IMG/VR virus record: IMGVR_UViG_3300029258_005404
Source: a virus
Reading direction: 5' to 3' (one strand)
Length of the DNA stretch: 64,000 bases
In this document: positions 19,848 through 26,934 of the stretch, in pieces
Numbering within the stretch: the stretch's first letter is position 1
Layout of the letters: every line of letters starts with the position of its first letter
The notes under the pieces: generated by a model
Told to the model about the DNA's origin: nothing
Databases searched by the model: none
What the model saw: only the letters and a program-made list of their open reading frames with translations
Made by a program: the position numbers and the translations under genes

Positions 19848-20024
19848 ATGAAAAAAGATGAAAATGGTCAAGAGAAACATAATGCTCTGGTGGCAAAATT
19901 TAATCTTGCGGTTGATGCTGTATCATCATTTGCAAAAGGAATTTTTCCTTTTACAGTAAGGCTTGTAGTCGGCTTAAAAGATATATTTCATAAAAATGAA
20001 AAATCGCCTGAATCTAAAAATTAA
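19848..20024 (+). CDS. 58-aa small protein, last gene of the RT operon
   Basis: Below the track cutoff. AGGAGG SD; MKKDENGQEKHNALVAKFNLAVDAVSSFAKGIFPFTVRLVVGLKDIFHKNEKSPESKN. Confidence 0.65.
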   Translation: MKKDENGQEKHNALVAKFNLAVDAVSSFAKGIFPFTVRLVVGLKDIFHKNEKSPESKN

Positions 20025-20260
20025 CTATTGTGAAAGGAGAGAGTAAAATCTCTCACCTGAAACGATTCGTTTTGGGGGGTGAGTAATAAATGGTGCGGGC
20101 TTTTATCTCTCTTCAAGTTGAAGAGAGTATAAAATCCGAGTCAATCTCCGCCTGGTCACAGACCCGACACCACAACGTGTCGGGTCTGTGCGGGCCAGGC
20201 TTGGTGAGAACCAGCCTGGCCCCCGACCCCAGTCAGGTTCTGTTCCACAATAAGTTAATT
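20019..20260 (+). ncRNA. Retron-like msr-msd RNA downstream of the RT operon
   Basis: Closing stem AATTAACT-ATTGTGAAA|G pairs with G|TTCCACAAT-A-AGTTAATT. Hairpin TGAAACG-ATT-CGTTTTG at 20058-20074. Perfect stems at 20107-20127 (10 bp), 20157-20190 (14 bp) and 20192-20222 (10 bp plus a GAGA-looped tip). Confidence 0.7.
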
Positions 20261-20265
20261 GGAAA

Positions 20266-20291
20266 CTCTCTCCCGACCAGAGGGTTTTTTT
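20266..20291 (+). terminator. Intrinsic terminator ending the RT operon/ncRNA
   Basis: CTCTCT/AGAGGG stem followed by a T7 run. Confidence 0.55.
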
Positions 20292-20321
20292 AGCTATTAG
20301 AAGTTATTCTGATATGTAATA

Positions 20322-20336
20322 TGGTATAACTATAAT
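20322..20336 (+). promoter_or_regulatory. Extended -10-like promoter for the tRNA-like RNA
   Basis: TG-G-TATAAC; the hexamer ends 7 nt before the tRNA-like 5' end. Confidence 0.55.
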
Positions 20337-20398
20337 AACCTGTAACTCAGGGGAAGAGTGCTGGAAACAGAAGTCGGAGGTTCGAGTCCTCTCAGGTT
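20337..20398 (+). ncRNA. tRNA-like RNA lacking an anticodon loop
   Basis: Acceptor AACCTG/CAGGTT; D-arm ACTC-AGGGGAA-GAGT; CTG-GAAA-CAG in place of the anticodon arm; T-arm GGAGG-TTCGAGT-CCTCT. Confidence 0.7.
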
Positions 20399-20413
20399 TT
20401 TTTTATCTATAAT

Positions 20414-20443
20414 AAAAAAAAGCCCGGGGCATCACTCCCGGGC
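20414..20443 (-). terminator. Intrinsic terminator for the 20477 gene
   Basis: GCCCGGG/CCCGGGC stem with an A8 run (T-run on minus). Confidence 0.75.
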
Positions 20444-20476
20444 AACACATCACACATCCGCTTTCTATGAATAAGG

Positions 20477-22735
20477 CTATTCAATAGCAAGTTTTATTTC
20501 TTCAAGATTCTCTATTACCGTTTCAAGCCCATCCATTGCTTTTTTTACAGCGCCATCATCAACAGTGCTTAATCCCATTCTTGAAGCAACCAAAAGCTCA
20601 GCAAGATCTCCAGAGACCTTTTTCATTTCACGCACATTTTCAATATATCCATTAAGATTATCTTCGTTAATGAAATTTAATGACAAAACAACGTCTACCG
20701 CTTCAGGGTCATCAAGCACACTTGCTTCTTTAATCAGATTAATCCTCAAATTAGAACATTCATCTCTGATAATTTGTTTTATTTTTGCCATTTTATCAAG
20801 ATGCTTTATAACCCCAGTGTCAATATAATCGTTATTTACACCATATATAATTACTTTTTTATTTTTATTGTCGGTATTAGCATATTTTTCCAAAGCTGTT
20901 TTCATTGCTTTTGCTGAATCATCATGTCCCATTCCCATTATAGCTAACGCTTTATATGTTTGATCTGTTGTTAACGGATTTCCATTAAGATGGGCAACTT
21001 TATTTAATGGTTCGAATGGATCCCCCGCTATACAATACCCACCATCTTTAACATATAAAGCCACTTTATTAATATTGGCATCTTCATATATTTTCTGGAT
21101 TGATTTTGATGGGCGTAAAAAATCTTCTCTATTAAGACATTTCATCATTGATGCATTTATAACAAGAGAACCTTCCGGAATGAGAAATATTTTATTAACT
21201 TTACCCAATATCATTTTATAAACAGGATCAAGAACAGTTTTAACACGTTGTACAGATGCAACGTTGGCAGGTATTATAGCCTCTTCTCTTGATACATATA
21301 CATTTGAATTATTTACCCTGTATTTTCTAAATTTTCGACCAAATGAAAGGCATTCAAATGCATCATCGGCACCATATATTATCAAAAGATTTTGTCCGTA
21401 TCTGCTAGAAGGAACTTCACCATAATACCCATCATCTTTTTTTCCCTGATCCATAATCTGTTGCATTTCTTTATGTACCGCTAAGAAATTTTTATCTGAT
21501 CCATCATTTTTATTTTCAGGATCAATATTTATTAAATCGTCAGTAACCCTTTTCGCAAGATACTGGATTGCTTTTTGAAGCGCCCCTTCTTGAGTTAACA
21601 CATTAGAGCCATAGAAGCCTATTCCAGTACGATTATAATCATCATATTTGCAGTAATATTTTCCGTCAAGCGATATAAAAATTTGATTACGCCTTTGACG
21701 TTCGTTTTTCTTTTCTGTATTTTTATCAACAGGATAGCATGTCTCAGGTTCATCAAATCTTTGGTTTAAATCATAACTATCAGTCATATCAAGAATAATT
21801 CCTGATAACGGTTTTCCAGTTGTACTTGCCAGAAAGCGACTGGCCATATTTTTACCACTTTCAATAAAATCCTCCATTGATGGATATTCATACATTCTTA
21901 ACTCACAAACAGTAGGAGCAATCATAGGTTTCAATTGATTAACATCAATAAATTGTGAATCAAGAATGGTAACTGCGCGCTTTGCTTTGACTACTTTATA
22001 AGTATCAAGTATACCATCTTTATGATCATCACCAATTATCCTATTATGCCTGTTTAATTCTATAATATTACCAACCAAGTCGCCAGTATTGTCAATAAAA
22101 TTTTTACCAACATTTTCATCTGTTTCCATTTGCACAGCAAGTTTTTCAATAGCCTCTTTATCTGCTTTTATTGGCCATCCAGACATTTTTGCAAAATGAG
22201 GGTATGCTGCGAGGTCCGGTACGTCTTGAATACTTACCGGCGTTTTAGGATAAATGCCACCAACTGGTTTTATTGCTTCAAAGGCCCCTCTTGGATATTT
22301 ATTTTTTGGAGTTCCCAGTTGCTCTGACATAAGAACTTTTTTAATATTTTTCAAATTTGCAGCTACATATTTAGTCTTGTCCCCATCCCTATAGACAAAA
22401 ATATCAAACGGGCTTAATTGAAAATTTTTTACAATAACTGGAAAATTAATTTGCTTATTCTGATACCATACAGCAACACTCCCCTTTGCATACCCTTCGT
22501 TTTCATCTACATTTTTAACTATCACATCGGTACCAAACTCTTTTGGAAGATAGTTAATCTGTTCGAAAAACTGATCCAGTATTTCCTGATCCCATTCAGA
22601 AATATTTTTAGGCAACTCGTAAGTGCCAATTTTTTCAAATACCAATTGGTTTATTACTGATTCTTTTACTGTAACCATTTTTATTTCCTTGTTTATGTTT
22701 CGATTACATTCGGTTTCAGGACTGAGTACATCCAC
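20477..22735 (-). CDS. Large virion structural protein; start may be MVTVKES near 22678
   Basis: About 730-750 aa in the late-strand operon, with many KxA motifs. Confidence 0.6.
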   Translation of the reverse strand: MDVLSPETECNRNINKEIKMVTVKESVINQLVFEKIGTYELPKNISEWDQEILDQFFEQINYLPKEFGTDVIVKNVDENEGYAKGSVAVWYQNKQINFPVIVKNFQLSPFDIFVYRDGDKTKYVAANLKNIKKVLMSEQLGTPKNKYPRGAFEAIKPVGGIYPKTPVSIQDVPDLAAYPHFAKMSGWPIKADKEAIEKLAVQMETDENVGKNFIDNTGDLVGNIIELNRHNRIIGDDHKDGILDTYKVVKAKRAVTILDSQFIDVNQLKPMIAPTVCELRMYEYPSMEDFIESGKNMASRFLASTTGKPLSGIILDMTDSYDLNQRFDEPETCYPVDKNTEKKNERQRRNQIFISLDGKYYCKYDDYNRTGIGFYGSNVLTQEGALQKAIQYLAKRVTDDLINIDPENKNDGSDKNFLAVHKEMQQIMDQGKKDDGYYGEVPSSRYGQNLLIIYGADDAFECLSFGRKFRKYRVNNSNVYVSREEAIIPANVASVQRVKTVLDPVYKMILGKVNKIFLIPEGSLVINASMMKCLNREDFLRPSKSIQKIYEDANINKVALYVKDGGYCIAGDPFEPLNKVAHLNGNPLTTDQTYKALAIMGMGHDDSAKAMKTALEKYANTDNKNKKVIIYGVNNDYIDTGVIKHLDKMAKIKQIIRDECSNLRINLIKEASVLDDPEAVDVVLSLNFINEDNLNGYIENVREMKKVSGDLAELLVASRMGLSTVDDGAVKKAMDGLETVIENLEEIKLAIE

Positions 22736-23013
22736 TGCCCAACAGGACCTCCAGCAGTAACAGATGACGGAGGTACCGGCGGCGGAGCTATTCCTGCAGC
22801 AAAAGCTGATTGCATTATCGGACTAGATAAAGCAAGAGCTATACCATATGAAATTGCATTAGCAACCATCTCATTCCCATCTTCATAGGTTGCGCTATTC
22901 TGCTTTTTCATATACTCAATATTATCTTTAAGGAATTTTTCAATTTTTGGTTCTAAGTATTTCCCTAATGCTGAGACAGAAAATCTTATCTGTGACATTA
23001 TTACTCCCGGCAA
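22693..23013 (-). CDS. Small structural protein, paralog of 23001..23279
   Basis: ANAISYGIALALSSPIMQSAFAAGIAPP...AGGPVG. Confidence 0.6.
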   Translation of the reverse strand: MPGVIMSQIRFSVSALGKYLEPKIEKFLKDNIEYMKKQNSATYEDGNEMVANAISYGIALALSSPIMQSAFAAGIAPPPVPPSSVTAGGPVGQWMYSVLKPNVIET

Positions 23014-23279
23014 GAATTACTCAAAGGTGAGTATATAAGATTTCCAACCGGGCCGCCAGCCGGTGGGCATATACCTGCTGCAAAAGCACTTTGGACAATA
23101 GGGTCTGAAAGAGCTTTTGCTATACCATAAGCAATAGCATGCGCCGTTGCTTTTGCACCGTCTTCTGGTGTAATATTGGTATCATTTTCCATAGCCCTCG
23201 CATTGTCATTAAGAAATCTTTCGATATCTCCAACTATGGAATTACCAAGAGTTGATCGTGTTCTTCTTACTATTGGCAT
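23001..23279 (-). CDS. Small structural protein, paralog of 22693..23013
   Basis: AHAIAYGIAKALSDPIVQSAFAAGICPPAGGPVG. Confidence 0.6.
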   Translation of the reverse strand: MPIVRRTRSTLGNSIVGDIERFLNDNARAMENDTNITPEDGAKATAHAIAYGIAKALSDPIVQSAFAAGICPPAGGPVGNLIYSPLSNSCRE

Positions 23280-23445
23280 AATAACCCTTATATAGTATAC
23301 AATATAATTCAGCGAATTTCAAATTGCCAATTAGCTGAAATTCAAAAATATCTGGGATAATATCAATATAGAGCTTATATTTTAAAAATAAGCAATTGGT
23401 ACAATATTTCCCATCATTTTTTTAACTATTACAAAAGGGGTTTAT

Positions 23446-23907
23446 ATGCCGATAAGTCATGAAGAGCAAACCAGGCAGGAGACCAAGGAGCATATTAACA
23501 ATGTTCGTATGTTCTTAGACATAATTATGCAGCAGATAATAGCTCGTGCAAAAGACCATGACCGCTCAAAGCTTGAAGAGCCGGAGTTCTCTATCTTCGT
23601 GGAATATACGCCTAAATTAAAAGGTAGTACTTATGGGAGTGATGAATATAAACAATTTCTTAAAGAAATGAAAGTAGCTCTTGATCATCACTATTCAGCA
23701 AACAGACATCATCCTGAATGGCATGAAGATGGGATTGATGGAATGAATCTTGTTGACCTTATTGAAATGCTTTGTGATTGGAAAGCTGCATCAATGAGAC
23801 ATGATGATGGTGATATAAACAAAAGTATAGAATTAAATATCGAGAGATTTAATTTATCTCCACAGCTTGTAAAAATATTTAAAAATACAGTTAAAATTCT
23901 GAAATAA
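23446..23907 (+). CDS. HD-superfamily protein (DUF5662-like)
   Basis: HDRSKL, ALDHHY..NRHHPE and EMLCDWKAA motifs. Confidence 0.7.
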   Translation: MPISHEEQTRQETKEHINNVRMFLDIIMQQIIARAKDHDRSKLEEPEFSIFVEYTPKLKGSTYGSDEYKQFLKEMKVALDHHYSANRHHPEWHEDGIDGMNLVDLIEMLCDWKAASMRHDDGDINKSIELNIERFNLSPQLVKIFKNTVKILK

Positions 23908-25284
23908 TTATACTGATTCAAAATTATCAGTATCTTTTATAATACCAGTAGACGGGGCGTCTTTACCTGTTGATGTAAAGCCGCCTTGTTTTCCAAATTT
24001 CTGTATACCGGCTTGAAAATCAGGAATTATTGCTGGATGTATTGGTGCTGGGCCACCTATTGATGTCACCTGGCACCATTGGGCTTGATATTTATTGAAG
24101 AAGTCCATCCATGCTTTTAAAAGAACTTCCTGCCCATTAACACGGAGACCGTTAAGCGCTGTAATATCAATTCCATTTTTTGGATCCATTACTATTGAAT
24201 TGTTTGACTCATCATTGTCGCCATGAGATAATGTTATCTTTCCCTTTGAATGGACTGTAAGGTTGCCATCACTATTTATACTCAAATGGAATGCGTTGAA
24301 ATTTGAAGTAGGAATTCCTTTGCCGGCGACTCTTAAATCGAACTCACCTTTATCACTGATTTGAAGTTTAAATCTGTTTCCCATTATTGCCGGAGTTGCG
24401 CCTGGTGATACAGGTACATTTTTCTCATTTACTTTAACATCGTCCACGCGAACATTTATAAATGATTCACCAGGTTCTCCAATTTCAATAGTCGTTCTTG
24501 TATTATTGAAATTAATAGCTTTTGAAAACAGAACATCTTTTCCTTTATTAACTTCTTCATTATCTATATTCGCACCGACCCATGGATTAAAAGCTCCTTC
24601 GCATGTAGAAACCCAGTTGTCGGGAGATCGCGTTTGGGTAACAAATCTACGATATAAAACAAGATGGTCTTCATCACTAATCCTGCCGGCTTTATCATTA
24701 ATATCAGAACCAGAGTACATTCCAAAATGCTCCCTGGCAAAATAAAAAGGGGCGTTATGAGATATGATACGATGATAATTCTGCGCAAGACTATGGTTGA
24801 CGTTTTCATGAATACCATATCCAAAAGGCTTGAGAATTGAATTAATTGCACCAGAAGTGGCTAGAGTTAGTTGCCCATTGTCGGTAGCTATTACCCCGGC
24901 GCCACTTTTTTTATTTATAAATCTTATTGCATCAGTTACTTCTGCTGATATAGGATTTTCAACTTTGATATTGGCAAGTGAGCGCTCGTTGAATGTGCCA
25001 ATGATATAATTATTCATCCCGGTAGCAACATCAAGAAATTTATTTTCAGCCCCACCGAAGGTAAAGCAAACCATAACTTTTACACGGTCACCCTGTTTAT
25101 AATCGCCGTCATGCCCGGGTGAATAAATCAAAGCACAATAGATCGGCCCATTAAGCTCTCCAAGAGGAGATTCATATATATCAACCTCATATGTTTCAGT
25201 GTTGGTTAATTTACTGGTAATGACACCACTGCATATGCATGGTACGGGTGTGTAGGAAACAACATCAGTGGGGTTTCCGATCAT
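23908..25284 (-). CDS. Putative baseplate spike/hub protein (gp5/VgrG-like)
   Basis: N-terminal OB-fold-like segment (YKQGDRVKVMV) and repetitive beta-strand C-terminus. Inference. Confidence 0.5.
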   Translation of the reverse strand: MIGNPTDVVSYTPVPCICSGVITSKLTNTETYEVDIYESPLGELNGPIYCALIYSPGHDGDYKQGDRVKVMVCFTFGGAENKFLDVATGMNNYIIGTFNERSLANIKVENPISAEVTDAIRFINKKSGAGVIATDNGQLTLATSGAINSILKPFGYGIHENVNHSLAQNYHRIISHNAPFYFAREHFGMYSGSDINDKAGRISDEDHLVLYRRFVTQTRSPDNWVSTCEGAFNPWVGANIDNEEVNKGKDVLFSKAINFNNTRTTIEIGEPGESFINVRVDDVKVNEKNVPVSPGATPAIMGNRFKLQISDKGEFDLRVAGKGIPTSNFNAFHLSINSDGNLTVHSKGKITLSHGDNDESNNSIVMDPKNGIDITALNGLRVNGQEVLLKAWMDFFNKYQAQWCQVTSIGGPAPIHPAIIPDFQAGIQKFGKQGGFTSTGKDAPSTGIIKDTDNFESV

Positions 25285-25712
25285 TATTCAACACCTTTTT
25301 CTTCTTTTTTATTTTTAAATGCCTTTGCTCCAAGAGCCCCAATCGCAGCAGCAACAGTTCCACCGGCCGCCGCAATTACCTTTAGTGCCTTAGTACTTAT
25401 AATGGGATTAACATCATAATCGATGCTAAATTTACGCCTCGGATCAGGGCCTCTTGGAGCTTTAGTCTGCATTACACCTTCACCCTTCCAAACTTTGCCC
25501 TTATCGATAAAATATCTTTTATAACGGGCGGTTGTCCCAATTTTATTTCTATGAAGGGCGTTTAACGCCTTTTGCTTTGGCAGTCCTTTTAAAAGTTGCG
25601 AATCCACATGGGTATATCCAATTGGGATACCAAAAGCCTTAAGATATTGCCCCTCTTTAGGGTCAACTCTTAAGGCGTACCTCAACCTTCTAAGGGAAAG
25701 CTTTTCAATCAT
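25284..25712 (-). CDS. Basic protein with C-terminal hydrophobic anchor, paralog of 25826..26275
   Basis: Shares RY..YF..KG...K..GV.Q and AIGALGAK..KNKK with its paralog. Confidence 0.65.
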   Translation of the reverse strand: MIEKLSLRRLRYALRVDPKEGQYLKAFGIPIGYTHVDSQLLKGLPKQKALNALHRNKIGTTARYKRYFIDKGKVWKGEGVMQTKAPRGPDPRRKFSIDYDVNPIISTKALKVIAAAGGTVAAAIGALGAKAFKNKKEEKGVE

Positions 25713-25819
25713 GCTGTCTCCTTGATGAATTTGTGATACCTGCTTATAGCCCCGGCAAGTGTCGGCCTTTTATTATAAGCCCTGTGTGTGTTTGTTACAT
25801 ACGTAGTCTTGTGGGCTTC
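25709..25819 (-). pseudogene. Start-less duplicated 3' fragment of the 26275..26580 gene
   Basis: 32 codons encode TTYVTNTHRAYNKRPTLAGAISRYHKFIKETA, 31 of 32 identical to the C-terminus of the 101-aa protein; preceded in frame by TAA TGA TAG. Confidence 0.75.
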
Positions 25820-25825
25820 CTATCA

Positions 25826-26275
25826 TTATGAAGCTTCCTTTTCTTTCTTTTTATTTTTTAAAAGCTTTGCACCTAAAGCGCCAATTGCAATAGCGGTGCC
25901 AGATCCGGCTAAGGCTCTAACAAGTGTTTTAGTTTTCATTATTGGTTTAATATTCATCTGACCCTTCATTGTATACCTTGTGCTCTCAGGAACATACCGA
26001 GATTCTTTTAATTTTTGCCAAACGCCATCTGCTTTATATATGATTCCTTTATGATTAAAATATTTACTATAACGCTTTGTTTTTCCAAGAGGCTGTTTAT
26101 AAATATCTCTTTGCCTTGGGATACCCGCATAAAACAAAGCGTGCTGATTTTTACCTATTCGTTTGTTTTTAAAAAATGACACAAACTCGCTAGTGCTTTC
26201 ACCTGGCAACATTTTATCATATGACCTTAATGGACGCAATGAATAGTCAAATCTTTTGAGAGCAAACTTATTCAT
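25826..26275 (-). CDS. Basic protein with C-terminal hydrophobic anchor, paralog of 25284..25712
   Basis: 149 aa; shared motifs as above. Confidence 0.65.
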   Translation of the reverse strand: MNKFALKRFDYSLRPLRSYDKMLPGESTSEFVSFFKNKRIGKNQHALFYAGIPRQRDIYKQPLGKTKRYSKYFNHKGIIYKADGVWQKLKESRYVPESTRYTMKGQMNIKPIMKTKTLVRALAGSGTAIAIGALGAKLLKNKKKEKEAS

Positions 26276-26580
26276 TATGCAGTACCCTTGATAAATTTAT
26301 GATACCGGCTTATCGCCCCGGCAAGTGTCGGCCTTTTATTATAAGCACGGTGGGTATTTGTTACATATGTCGTCTGTTTGGTTTTTGGGTTAAACGACTT
26401 CCACACAGCAGGGGTTTCCTTTCCGTTTGGACCATGATGCCACACGGCCTTCCTCCTCATTACTTCAGCATGTTCTTCTGGAGTAAGTGGAACTTTATAT
26501 TTCTGAAGAATTGCAAACGAACTTTTTTTTGCCAATTTTATCATGTGATGAGAGAGCGCCCGCATTATTTCTGGGTTCAT
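26275..26580 (-). CDS. Small basic protein
   Basis: 101 aa, translationally coupled; conservation in the duplicated fragment supports coding. Confidence 0.7.
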   Translation of the reverse strand: MNPEIMRALSHHMIKLAKKSSFAILQKYKVPLTPEEHAEVMRRKAVWHHGPNGKETPAVWKSFNPKTKQTTYVTNTHRAYNKRPTLAGAISRYHKFIKGTA

Positions 26581-26916
26581 TTATTTAATCCTTTTTGATT
26601 TTTTCGGAGCAACCTTCCCATGTGATTTACATGCTGCAATTTTATTAATTTCATCAATAAAAGCAGCATTGTAAATTTCTTCAATAGAAGATTTTTTTTC
26701 CATTGAACGCTCTTTTAAAGCAGGGTATTTTTTATACACTTTTGCCCTTACTGTTGATTGTTCTCCAGGAGTTCCATGAGCTGAAACTCTTGCAAGAGCG
26801 TTTCGAGCATGAGCAAGATCATGAATAGGATATCTTTTTTCTTTCGGATACACAAAATTCTTTTTAGCCACATGCTTTCTACCTGTAACAGACAACTCTT
26901 TTGATAATTTTTCCAT
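26581..26916 (-). CDS. Small basic protein with YPIxDxxHARNA domain and AFIDEINKIA motif
   Basis: 111 aa with AAGGAG SD; its YPI..H..A motif is shared with 62220..63050. Confidence 0.65.
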   Translation of the reverse strand: MEKLSKELSVTGRKHVAKKNFVYPKEKRYPIHDLAHARNALARVSAHGTPGEQSTVRAKVYKKYPALKERSMEKKSSIEEIYNAAFIDEINKIAACKSHGKVAPKKSKRIK

Positions 26917-26934
26917 ACTAATACTCCTTATATT

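Noticed and set aside
20090-20293. 67-aa ORF
   Set aside because: Lies wholly within perfect inverted repeats and the terminator; no SD.
20337-20398. Functional decoding tRNA
   Set aside because: No 7-nt anticodon loop, only a 6-bp acceptor stem, and no encoded CCA.
25820-25828. Stop-codon reassignment suggested by TAA-TGA-TAG
   Set aside because: Long genes such as the RNAP and primase-helicase are intact in code 11, and all three stops end real genes elsewhere.
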